Shown here piece by piece: positions 45,468 to 55,500 of a stretch of 64,000 bases of DNA (the first letter of the stretch is position 1; the number at the start of each line of letters is the position of its first letter). The DNA is taken from IMG/VR virus record IMGVR_UViG_3300021963_000022, one strand, 5' to 3'. Position numbers and translations under genes: made by a program. This DNA comes from a virus. Taxonomy: Duplodnaviria > Caudoviricetes. Below the pieces are notes generated by a model. That model searched no databases. It was not told the DNA's origin and saw only the letters and a program-made list of their open reading frames with translations.

Positions 45468-47122
45468 TCTGTTTGAATTCTAAGTATAGACGACAATGCT
45501 TGTCTCTCAGGTATTGTCGTACCGTTAGTCAATACAGTTACATTGCTATTGTTAATGAATGTACTTAGCTGTGATTTATCATCGCTAGTAAATCCTAGTC
45601 CAGTTCTTACATTCTCACTTATCTTGATCCACAATACACCATCCCAACGGAATAATTGTTGCGGTAAATAATCAGTACGTAAGAAGTAATCACCTATCTC
45701 GGCTGTAGCTGGGAAGTTAGTTCCCGCTGCAACTGGTTCACCATTAGGAGCTGTGCCATCACCTGTCAAGTATCCATCAATATAACCAAAGCTTCTTGGG
45801 CTTTGACGTTTAATATATCTGAATCTAGGATCAGTATCAGCACGATAGTCAATGATGCCAGGTATAATCTCACTGTTAAATCCGGGCGCTACTGGATCTT
45901 GGTCACTGGTAATATATGTATTATCTGATGTACCATATGGGCCAGTGATTTCTCCCATAGATTTAACAGTTAATACTGTTGTACCCTCAAGTGCTCCACT
46001 ACCACTATCAGTTACTTCAGGTGGTATCTCAGCAATCTGTAAACTTGCTTGAATGAATGCACGTAATGCAGATGTATCATCAGCAGTTAAGTCCCACAAA
46101 CTCTTTAATGCGGCTGCACTAATCTTTAGTACAGGACTAGGGTTTCCGTACAATGAGCTAGTTACAAATGTAACAGTGCCTTGAACTGTAGGAGCTTCTT
46201 TAGTTATAACAACATTGACTGGGGGTGCCGGTGCATTGTTATCATATGTAGGTACAACATATAATTGACTTCTATCGTAACCTGATTTTGGAACTATTCT
46301 CATAGCTTCTGCAATAACAGCATCATTGATTTCAATGTTCTTATTGTACCTACCAATAATATCTTGTAGTGTGCTAGCCGTATCGACCTCCCAATATTCT
46401 GTATCAGTACATGGTACGCCAACTGGTGCTGGCCCGGGCGCTATTACTGTATAAGTTGTGCCACCATATGTTACTGTATATCCAACTGGATACTCTTTTG
46501 TATTATCCCAATCACCTAAGTAATTATCCTTATTAATTGGTTGATTCATAATATCTGCATATTCTTGTGAATCTACTAATGGTTCGCATTTGATACGCCA
46601 TAAGTGCGGATACCATGTAGGACTAAACCCTTCACTAGCATAATTACCATCAGTAACTTGATAATATCTTCTTAATCCAACTGGTATAGTTTCATTTAAT
46701 GGATGATAATCAGTTAGGTGCGGTAATTCTAATACGTCACCAACTATTAACTTTCTACCTATAATATTCATCATATCATTATAATGAACCGTGATAAAGA
46801 TAATATCGTTGTTTAAGAATAATCCAAACTGACTCAAATCAAAATCTAGATTCTGCACATTATAATGTCCACGTATTCTATAAATATCCGGATCATATTT
46901 TCTGTCACGATTTTCTAAGAATAGTAAGTCCTGAATATCTGTTACGTTTGGTGTAGTATATTGCGGTTGAGTAAGATCATTGCTTGGTCCATTATTCTTA
47001 ATCCCAATATATTTGTGAACAAACAAGTCGGTAGCGCCGATAGTAAACATTTCGGATATTGTTTTATCCAAAAACTTAAAATCGTTTGATTTTTGTGGTC
47101 TATAAAGTGAGAGTTTTGGCAT
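45464..47122 (-). CDS. neck protein (T4 gp14-like) with insertions
   Basis: MPKLSLYRP..DLLFLENRDRKY..DLSQFGLFL..PKVGD-like LIVGDVLELPHL; minus-strand late box at 47143. Confidence 0.6.
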   Translation of the reverse strand: MPKLSLYRPQKSNDFKFLDKTISEMFTIGATDLFVHKYIGIKNNGPSNDLTQPQYTTPNVTDIQDLLFLENRDRKYDPDIYRIRGHYNVQNLDFDLSQFGLFLNNDIIFITVHYNDMMNIIGRKLIVGDVLELPHLTDYHPLNETIPVGLRRYYQVTDGNYASEGFSPTWYPHLWRIKCEPLVDSQEYADIMNQPINKDNYLGDWDNTKEYPVGYTVTYGGTTYTVIAPGPAPVGVPCTDTEYWEVDTASTLQDIIGRYNKNIEINDAVIAEAMRIVPKSGYDRSQLYVVPTYDNNAPAPPVNVVITKEAPTVQGTVTFVTSSLYGNPSPVLKISAAALKSLWDLTADDTSALRAFIQASLQIAEIPPEVTDSGSGALEGTTVLTVKSMGEITGPYGTSDNTYITSDQDPVAPGFNSEIIPGIIDYRADTDPRFRYIKRQSPRSFGYIDGYLTGDGTAPNGEPVAAGTNFPATAEIGDYFLRTDYLPQQLFRWDGVLWIKISENVRTGLGFTSDDKSQLSTFINNSNVTVLTNGTTIPERQALSSILRIQTD

Positions 47123-47172
47123 CGTTTAATCCAATTGTGTAGTATTTATCGTGTTGTAAGGTGAAAAAATTC

Positions 47173-47201
47173 TTGCATTTAATTGGAATCTAGTGTACAA
47201 T
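47173..47201 (+). promoter_or_regulatory. sigma70-type promoter
   Basis: TTGCAT, 17 nt, TG-TACAAT; SD AGGAG before ATG 47229. Confidence 0.65.
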
Positions 47202-47228
47202 ACTAAGTATTATCAACTAGGAGAGCGC

Positions 47229-48395
47229 ATGGCTACACGTAAAGGCAAACATACAGAAGACCACTTTGTCAAGGCATTGAACCCAAGAGATGCAGATACA
47301 AAATATTTAGGTGACGAACCCTTCTTCCCATTGCAACCCGATGAGGATAAACGAAATGTTACACTAGCCCGAAGCTTCAATTGGTATAACCGTTTCTATA
47401 CTAAAAAAGATGCTAAGGAACTACTAAGTCAATACTTAGATTATAACAACCGCACAGAAGATGCTAAAAAGATGCGTAAGGTTCATGAAAGTGAATTCCT
47501 AATGACATTCTGCTGGTTGGCACGTATGAATCTTAGAGGGTTAGAACTGTCAGAACATGAGGAAGCTACATTACAGAACGAGATTTCCCGAGTATTAAAG
47601 TGTTTAGTTAAACCCGAAATACCTAAAGAAAAAGAAGAATCAGCTACACGTCCGAATATTCAGGACATTCTGAAAGATAAAGCACGTGATGCGGCAGGCG
47701 AACTTGAAGGTATGTTTGATGATTTTATTACAGCAGGCGCACCCACAAAACATTCATTTAAGCCTATGGATGAAGTAGCAAAAAAGAACGTAATGCCACA
47801 ACATATCAGTTTGTTAGCTGATGTATGGAAAAAGAAACAAAACGAGTTTGATGAGGTTGCAAAGGGCAAGGATGCACAACTTGTTCAGGGTTACCAGCAT
47901 TTGACAAAAACTCAAATTAAGAATATACTTAAGTTTATCGAACAAGTTCTGGGAGACCTGAACAGTTACGTTAGTGTTAAGAAAGCGGCAAAAGCCCCAC
48001 GTGCCCGAAAAGCTGTTCCTGTAGAGAAACAGGTAGCAAAATTGAAGTACTTGAAAGTATTTAAAGATACAGCAAGTAAGTTAGATTTGGCAAGCGTACA
48101 TCCCACAAAACTTCATGGTGCAAGTGAAGCTTGGGTATATGATACAGCAAAACGCAAGTTACATCATTATGTTGCAGATGATTACAGCAAAACATTTACT
48201 GTCAAAGGTAATACGTTGTTAGGATTTGATACTGCACAAAGTGAAATAAAAACATTACGTAAACCAGCAGAGCAGATTAAAGAAATTATGGGTAGCAAGC
48301 CAGCCGCTCGTAAGTACTTTAAAGATATTAAAGCAGTCAGTACTACACCTAATGGCCGCTTTAATGAAGGTATGATTATTTTGAAAGCATTTTGA
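47229..48395 (+). CDS. basic hypothetical protein (start refined to ATG 47229)
   Basis: SD AGGAG at 47219-47224; Lys-rich. Confidence 0.75.
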   Translation: MATRKGKHTEDHFVKALNPRDADTKYLGDEPFFPLQPDEDKRNVTLARSFNWYNRFYTKKDAKELLSQYLDYNNRTEDAKKMRKVHESEFLMTFCWLARMNLRGLELSEHEEATLQNEISRVLKCLVKPEIPKEKEESATRPNIQDILKDKARDAAGELEGMFDDFITAGAPTKHSFKPMDEVAKKNVMPQHISLLADVWKKKQNEFDEVAKGKDAQLVQGYQHLTKTQIKNILKFIEQVLGDLNSYVSVKKAAKAPRARKAVPVEKQVAKLKYLKVFKDTASKLDLASVHPTKLHGASEAWVYDTAKRKLHHYVADDYSKTFTVKGNTLLGFDTAQSEIKTLRKPAEQIKEIMGSKPAARKYFKDIKAVSTTPNGRFNEGMIILKAF

Positions 48396-48577
48396 TGAAT
48401 GATATTCAAGAACGTATGACTGAGTTAGTCAAGCCGATTGACCAGCAAATTATGATGTGCGATGATAGGCGTGACTTGCTTATGCTTAATTGCGCTATGT
48501 TACAGCGTGTCAAAGAAGTATTTGACATGCTTGTAGGGGAAGAAGGTAGAAAAAACATGTTTAAGGACCTAGTATAA
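48395..48577 (+). CDS. small hypothetical protein
   Basis: TGATG coupling to the upstream stop. Confidence 0.6.
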   Translation: MNDIQERMTELVKPIDQQIMMCDDRRDLLMLNCAMLQRVKEVFDMLVGEEGRKNMFKDLV

Positions 48578-48798
48578 TGGAAGTGAAAGAATTTACAGTT
48601 AAAGATAACGAAGCTTTTAGATTGCGTGTGAAGCAATGGAGAGCTATTAATCCTAATGATCTCTATGCAGTTGAGTTTATTCAGGAAACAAAAGATAAAA
48701 AAGGTGATGTTGACATGAGTTCAACTTACAGTTTTTATATGAGTGAGAGTGAGTTAGAATCACTTGCTAAAGGTTTGTACGGATTGATTGGAAAGTAA
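48577..48798 (+). CDS. small hypothetical protein
   Basis: TAATG coupling on both sides. Confidence 0.65.
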   Translation: MEVKEFTVKDNEAFRLRVKQWRAINPNDLYAVEFIQETKDKKGDVDMSSTYSFYMSESELESLAKGLYGLIGK

Positions 48799-49211
48799 TG
48801 TCACAAAACATTGATTTAAACAAATACAAAAATTTCGTACAGGAAGTCACTAGTGATGCTAGCAACGATACTGAAACACTTGTGGCTAGAATTCGAGAGT
48901 TAAAACAACAACAGAATATTAATCCTGCATTGCTACTAACAGCAAGCACAGGTTTAGCTAGTGAAGGTGGAGAGTTTAGCGAGATTGTTAAGAAAATGTT
49001 TTTTCAAGGTAAGCCCTTTACTGAAGAAAATCGTTTTCACATGAAGCGTGAGTTGGGAGATATTATTTGGTATTGGACTAATGCTTGTAGAGCATTGAAC
49101 TATGATCCGAATGATATCATTGCAGAGAACGTATCAAAGTTAGAATCCCGATATCCGGGAGGACACTTTGATGCATTTTATAGTGAGAACAGAAAAGAAG
49201 GTGATTTATGA
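48798..49211 (+). CDS. mazG: MazG-like nucleotide pyrophosphohydrolase
   Basis: GLASEGGEFSEIVKK..KRELGDIIWY..ENVSKLESRYP. Confidence 0.88.
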   Translation: MSQNIDLNKYKNFVQEVTSDASNDTETLVARIRELKQQQNINPALLLTASTGLASEGGEFSEIVKKMFFQGKPFTEENRFHMKRELGDIIWYWTNACRALNYDPNDIIAENVSKLESRYPGGHFDAFYSENRKEGDL

Positions 49212-49927
49212 CAGCATTATATGAAGACGTAGTACATGGCCCTAGTAAGTATCCTAAAATTACACGTAAGATTACACAAGAGGGTATTGAGTTTTTGAGA
49301 GATCAATTGATTGGAAAATCAGTTCCTAAACAACATGTGGGTATTGCAAACCCACATGGCAGTACTGGTAGAGAAATTGAACGAATGGTTCTTGAATTTT
49401 TTGATCCAGTTTGCCGTAATGGTGAAACTAAAAAGGGTCCTGATGTATTAGAATATGGGCTAGATATCAAGTCCCATAACGCTACATCTATTGCAGATAA
49501 TGCGACTACAATTGGGCATTCTAAATGGTATGATTTAGTAAATAAATCTTATAGACAGTCAGATGTTTATAAAAAAATGCAAGGTCATATTGATGTATGG
49601 TATGACAATAATTTGTGTGCTATTACTGATGTAAATGTCTACTATTTTGACTATGACCACATTCAGGAAGATTTAGAAAAGTCTTACGATGAACTGCAAT
49701 CAATCGTTTCAGAACGAGGTATGATGGCATTGTTTAAGGGTGAACTGTTGGATTATGATGAAATCTATAAAGCTGATTTTACTATTAGTGCAGGACCTGA
49801 ATCATTGTTCTTGTTAGATGTGCGTGATTCAGGAGTTAACTTTAGAATCTCACATAAGAACATGAAACACCTTGCTACTAGGGCAAAATCAGCAGACGCA
49901 TTTTCTAGTAACTTTACATTTCTTTGA
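49208..49927 (+). CDS. putative restriction-endonuclease-fold (MutH/NaeI-like) nuclease
   Basis: GREIE..N..KGPDV..YGLDIKS fits an E..PD..(D/E)xK pattern. Confidence 0.45.
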   Translation: MTALYEDVVHGPSKYPKITRKITQEGIEFLRDQLIGKSVPKQHVGIANPHGSTGREIERMVLEFFDPVCRNGETKKGPDVLEYGLDIKSHNATSIADNATTIGHSKWYDLVNKSYRQSDVYKKMQGHIDVWYDNNLCAITDVNVYYFDYDHIQEDLEKSYDELQSIVSERGMMALFKGELLDYDEIYKADFTISAGPESLFLLDVRDSGVNFRISHKNMKHLATRAKSADAFSSNFTFL

Positions 49928-49966
49928 TTGATAATCTCCAGATAAATACATTATCTGGAGATTATT

Positions 49967-50728
49967 ATGGCAGGTGCTACATTAGACCAATTAAAAGAAG
50001 ACTTATTTAGAAATTTACGACTACGTTTAGGTGACGGAATAGTTGACCTTGAGATTGGGCCCGAACACTTTGAATCAGCATATAGATATGCTATTAGTAT
50101 CTATCGTCAAAGGGCACAGAATTCTACTGAAGAATCTTATACATTGTTGACGTTAGAAAAGAATGTAGATGTTTACACTTTGCCTAGCGAATTCATTAAC
50201 GTAAGACAGTTATTTCGTAGAAGTATCGGGATGGAGACTGGTCCTGGTGCATCAGCATTTGATCCATTCTCAAGTGCTATTTTGAACACATACTTGCTTA
50301 ACTATAATTATGCAGGTGGTCTAGCTACATATGACATGTATGCAGGATATGTTGAACTAGCCGCACGTATGTTCGGTGGATATGTAATATTCACATTTAA
50401 TCCAGTAACTAAAGAATTACGTATTGTACGTGATGTAAAAGGTAGCGGAGAGCATGTATTGATTTGGGCAGACATTCAGAAGCCTGAAGCAGTATTGCTA
50501 CAGGATCCGGGTGCAGGTGTTTGGATTAGCGACTGGATCTTAGCTATCCTTAAGGGCATCATCGGTGAAGCACGTGAGAAGTTTGCTAGCATTGCAGGAC
50601 CAGGTGGCGGTACAAGTTTGAACGGTGCAGCCATGAAAGCAGAATCCAAAGAGATGCAAGCACAGTTACTAGAAGACTTAAAGCGTTATGTAGATTATAG
50701 TCAACCATTGACTTGGGTACAAGGTTAA
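49967..50728 (+). CDS. neck protein (T4 gp13-like)
   Basis: LRLRLGDG..YRQRAQNSTEESY..GIIGEAREKFASIAGPGGGTSLNG; late box at 49942. Confidence 0.8.
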   Translation: MAGATLDQLKEDLFRNLRLRLGDGIVDLEIGPEHFESAYRYAISIYRQRAQNSTEESYTLLTLEKNVDVYTLPSEFINVRQLFRRSIGMETGPGASAFDPFSSAILNTYLLNYNYAGGLATYDMYAGYVELAARMFGGYVIFTFNPVTKELRIVRDVKGSGEHVLIWADIQKPEAVLLQDPGAGVWISDWILAILKGIIGEAREKFASIAGPGGGTSLNGAAMKAESKEMQAQLLEDLKRYVDYSQPLTWVQG

Positions 50729-51373
50729 ATGAGAGCTATTGAATTTTTACAAGAGAGCTTAACTCCGCCTAATAAGTTTTTATCTAAAGCAGAAAAATTA
50801 AAAGCCGGCAATAAAGTTTTCTATAAAGGCAAATTAGTAGGTATTGCCACCGGTGAAATTAATGGTGATAGAGTTATTTTTAAACCTTTTGCATCTTACG
50901 GTAACTCTGGCAATTTTGCTAGTTTACCTATTGACCAAATAAGCTTACGAGAAGGTAAACATGTTCAAGGTGTGGCGGAAGGCTTCCCTCAACCGGGACC
51001 AAGTTCAGGTGCTCCACAACAGTTTGGCTCCGATGCTAAAATACAAACTCGCCAAATGACTGTAAAAGATATTATATCATCTATACCCGGTGTGCCTTAT
51101 TACAATAATGTAGTCGATGATTGGGACGCCAAAGATTATAGTTGGAATACTACAGAAAAGGTTATAGAGTATGCTACTTACTTAAAGGATCATCCAGAAA
51201 GTTTAGCAAAGTTGCCACCAATCATAGTATTAAACGGTAAGTTTGAAGATGGTGCCCATAGGGTATCTGCCATATGGTTGCTACAACAAAGAATGGATCC
51301 TAAAAATCCATTGTGGAAAAATGCTAAATTAAATGTTCAATTTGTTAAGCAAGGTATGGCGGAAGATAATTAA
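50729..51373 (+). CDS. CTS-like leader + small beta-barrel-like module + ParB/Srx-like domain
   Basis: MRAIEFLQE start; LPPIIVLNGKFEDGAHRVSA (DGxHR); QGVAE and QGMAE linkers. Confidence 0.7.
   Translation: MRAIEFLQESLTPPNKFLSKAEKLKAGNKVFYKGKLVGIATGEINGDRVIFKPFASYGNSGNFASLPIDQISLREGKHVQGVAEGFPQPGPSSGAPQQFGSDAKIQTRQMTVKDIISSIPGVPYYNNVVDDWDAKDYSWNTTEKVIEYATYLKDHPESLAKLPPIIVLNGKFEDGAHRVSAIWLLQQRMDPKNPLWKNAKLNVQFVKQGMAEDN
50966..51365 (+). repeat. 16-bp direct repeat (15/16 identical) flanking the ParB module, 384 bp apart
   Basis: CAAGGTGTGGCGGAAG at 50966-50981 and CAAGGTATGGCGGAAG at 51350-51365. Confidence 0.85.
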
Positions 51374-51382
51374 CCTAAACAG

Positions 51383-51411
51383 TTTACTTTACAACTCTCC
51401 TGTAGTACAAT
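51383..51411 (+). promoter_or_regulatory. sigma70-type promoter
   Basis: TTTACT, 17 nt, TACAAT; SD AGGAG before ATG 51433. Confidence 0.55.
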
Positions 51412-51432
51412 ATGTATTACAGGAGTTACCAT

Positions 51433-52065
51433 ATGATTATTGGAGTTACAGGATTAATTGGGTCAGGCAAAGATACGATTGCTGACTATCTTTGCACATT
51501 TCACGGGTTCAAACGTGTTAGTTTTGCGGCCTCATTGAAAGACGCAGTAGCCGCAGTATTTGGTTGGAATAGAGATTTACTAGAGGGTTCAACTAAGTCT
51601 AGTAGAGAATGGCGTGAAAAACGTGATGAATGGTGGAGTAATCGTTTAGGTATGGAAATCACCCCACGGTGGGTACTACAATACTGGGGCACAGAAGTCT
51701 GTCGTAACGGTTTTCACAAAGATATCTGGGTTGCTAGTGTAGAGAACAAACTACGTCAGACAGACGAAAATATTGTTATTACTGATTGCAGATTTGCAAA
51801 TGAAGTTAATTCAATTAAAAGTGTAGGTGGTGTGACTATGAGAGTTAATCGTGGGTCACGTCCAGTATGGTATAGTGCCGCAGTTGATTACAACAATGAA
51901 TCTGAAAGTAGCGAACAATATCAAAAAGCCAAGTTAATACTAGAAGGGCACAATGTTCATGCAAGTGAGTACAGTAGTGTAGGATTGTTGTACGACTACT
52001 ATATTGACAACAACGGAAGTATTGATTCATTACACGGGCAAGTAAACTCAGTAGTCAACTTCTAA
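51433..52065 (+). CDS. deoxynucleoside monophosphate kinase (T4 gp1-like); start refined to 51433
   Basis: IIGVTGLIGSGKDT, FAASLK, TPRWVLQYWGTE and ITDCRFANE. Confidence 0.9.
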   Translation: MIIGVTGLIGSGKDTIADYLCTFHGFKRVSFAASLKDAVAAVFGWNRDLLEGSTKSSREWREKRDEWWSNRLGMEITPRWVLQYWGTEVCRNGFHKDIWVASVENKLRQTDENIVITDCRFANEVNSIKSVGGVTMRVNRGSRPVWYSAAVDYNNESESSEQYQKAKLILEGHNVHASEYSSVGLLYDYYIDNNGSIDSLHGQVNSVVNF

Positions 52066-52392
52066 GTCACCCCTACGCCAAGTAACTTCTTTACGTTTGA
52101 CAACTTCTACACAGTTAAGACAGATACTACGTAAGTTTATTAGTTCGTTATTATCTAAGTTACCGTCAATGTAGAAGACGGTAAGCTGACTAGTAAACAA
52201 TCCCTTAAAGCCGCATAAATCACATGCGGCTTTTTTCTTGTATCCTGCTTTTTGCCAGCTGGGTACTCTAGCTTTTTTCTTATTATTCTTACGACCACAC
52301 TCATCACATTTAGACCGATAGTGTATTATGTCATTACGTTTGTAATTAATAGCGCAAAAGTTCTTATTGCATTGCTTACATATAGGTCTCAT
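52048..52392 (-). CDS. zinc-binding degenerate HNH-like protein (start refined to 52392)
   Basis: CKQC, CDEC, CDLC, VFYIDGNLDNNELINLRSICLNC; minus-strand TAAATA 5 nt upstream of the start. Confidence 0.7.
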   Translation of the reverse strand: MRPICKQCNKNFCAINYKRNDIIHYRSKCDECGRKNNKKKARVPSWQKAGYKKKAACDLCGFKGLFTSQLTVFYIDGNLDNNELINLRSICLNCVEVVKRKEVTWRRGDLEVDY

Positions 52393-52512
52393 AGTGATAT
52401 TTATGATAGGAACCTTCGAAGGCACCATTTTCGGCAGTTTTTACGTCCTTCTGATAAATATTAGTACGTTAGGGCGTTAACCCTCAAAATCATAACACAA
52501 AAGGAAAACAAC

Positions 52513-55500
52513 ATGGCACTAGTATCACCAGGCGTACAAGTTACGATCATTGACGAAAGTCAATACGTTCCATCAGCCTCAAATTCAGTCCCTTTAATTA
52601 TCTTAGCTACCGCACAGAATAAAACAAATGCAGCCGGTACTGGGGTAGCAGCGGCAACTACAAAAGCTAACGCTAATAAATTATATCAAGTAACAAGTCA
52701 ACGTGACTTAGTAAACTTATACGGAAATCCATTTTTCTATAAGACAAGTACAAATGTACCTATTCAAGGGTATGAGTTAAATGAATATGGTCTACTAGCC
52801 GCTTACTCATTATTGGGTACAACAAATCGTTGCTTTGTACTACGTGCAGACGTAGACTTAGCAAGTTTAACAGGATCTATTTCCCGTCCATTGGGTGACC
52901 CAGCTGATGGCACTTATTGGTTAGATACTACATCAAGTGATTGGGGAATTTACGAATGGAACAGTACAACACAGAAATTTGTAGAGAAGACTCCGTTAGT
53001 AATTACTGACAGTACAGATTTGACTGGCGACTATCCAAAAGTTAGTTTAGGTAATGTTGGTAGTTACGCAGTTATTGCATCCCAACCAACAACAGGTCCT
53101 ACAAGTAATTCTACTTATTTTTATAAAAACTTGGATAATGTCTGGGTTCAATTGGGTGGTGTTGACTGGAAGAAGAGTGTCCCTACTGCGATCGGTGCAA
53201 CTTACAATCCTACAGTAACAGTGGGTGACAAGTTTGAAATTATTACTTCTAATTTTACATTAGAAATTACAGTACCTAACAGTCCTAATAACGATATTGA
53301 TGGTGTAGTATCTGCTATCAATGATTATGGAATCGATGAAGTATTTGCGGAAAATGTAGGTAACAAGTTATACATATATTCTGCACAAGTAAGTGCTAAT
53401 TCTTATGTTACTGTAAACAATCTAACAGGAACTCCTTTAGAAGATTTAGGGTTAGTAGATGGTAAAACGTATTACCAATCACTTACTACATATGGCACAT
53501 CTGCTCAGATGCCATTATGGGGTAGCTCACAATCTCAACCTAGAATATCAGGTTCAGTATGGATTAAGACAAGTGTTACAGGCAGTGGTGCAAATCTATT
53601 ACTTTCTAAGTACAATAGTATACTAGATCAGTATATTGTACAAAATTGCAATATGTATTCTTCTGATTGGGCAGCTACATATGCGTTAGACAGTACAGGA
53701 GGAAAAGCTATTCCAGCTGGTTCTACTTATGGTCAATATGGTTATATGAATAGTTGGACCAGTGCTCCTGTTATTCTTAAAGAAAGACTGGCAACAGGTG
53801 CTACAGTAGCGACTGGTACAGACACAAGCCCAACATTTACTAACAATGCATGTATTAATGTACAAGTTAGTGTACCGGGTAGTAGCAGTTTGTCTAGTGT
53901 CTACACAGTGCAAATGCCATCAAGTGGTACAGTTGATGCAGTAGATTTTGTTACTGCATGGCAAGCTGCTGGTATACCAAATACTACAGCAATTGTTACG
54001 AATGAAGGTTCAATTCAACTTTCACACACTCAAGGTGGTCAGATTATCATTGATGACTATGTTAATAATTTTGGTGTTGTGCAAGGTACTAGCAATGGAA
54101 CTATTTCTGATTCAGGTTTAGATGGTGCAATTAATGCAGGATTTGGTCCTTTCAGTGTGTTTACAGCAGTAGGCGAAACAACAGGCGGTACCGGACAAGC
54201 TGAACCAGCTGGTCCAGCAACGTTTACTATTACTGCAGCTGGTCTTAGTTATACTGCAAATGCTACTCCAGTAAATGCCGGTGAAAACTATTCAGTAGGT
54301 GACGTATTGACTATTACAGGTACTCAACTAGGCGGTGATGCTCCTGCTAACAATTGCTCTTTGATAGTAACTGCAGTTGATACACTATCTGGTGCTATTA
54401 TTAGTGCTAGCGTATTGCAAACAAGTGTTGCTAAAGCTAGATATACTACTCAAATAAGTAACTGGATAAGTTTAGATTATACAGCTAATGAAGGTGCTCC
54501 TGCATCTAATCCACTCAACAACACTAACTGGTTCTATTCAGTAGCTGATGAAGTTGATATTATGGTTAACCAATCAGGTACTTGGAAAGGTTACAGAAAT
54601 GTAAACTTCAATAGCGATGGTTTCCCGTCAGCAACTGGTTCACCTGCAACTGATCCCGATGGTCCAATCTGTGCCGCAGTTGCTCCAACTGAACAAAGTG
54701 ACGGTACTGCGTTGGTATATGGTGATCTATGGATTAGCACAAGTGCTGCTGACCTAGAAAACTATCCAGTATTAAGTCGTTGGCAATCAGTTGACGGTGT
54801 AGATCAATGGGTGTTAGTTGATACTACTGACCAAGTAAGTAGTGAAGGTGTATTGTTTGCTGATGCACGTTGGGCTAGTTCTGGCGCAGTTGATCCAGTT
54901 AACGATCCGATCCCAACAATCGTTTCTATGCTAACAAGCAACTTTACAGATTTAGATTGTCCAGACCCTGATTTGTACCCAACAGGTATGTTGTTATTCA
55001 ACACACGCCGTAGTGGCTACAATGTAAAACAGTTTAGAACAAACTATTTCACTGCAAACAACTATCCAAGTGGTTCATTACCGAGTCAATCATATACATG
55101 GGTATCCGCAAGTGGTCTAAACACTAACGGTTCACCATATATGGGTCGTAAAGCTCAACGTAACATAGTTGTACAAGCATTGCGTTCAGCAGTATCTACA
55201 AATATGTCAATTCGTGAAGAGGACACATATTTCAACTTAATGGCTGCTCCTAACTATGTTGAATTACAGCCTGACATGGTTACATTGAACAATGAGAGAA
55301 ACAATACAGCGTATATCGTTGGTGACACTCCATTGCGTTTAGCAGACCAAGCAACTGATATTCAGAATTGGGCTACAAATGCAGCCGGTGCAAGCTCATC
55401 AGGTGAGGATGGTTGGGTTACACGCAACGAATACTTAGGTGTATTCTATCCAAGTGGTATCACAACAGATACAACTGGTGCACAAGTTGTTGTTCCTGCA

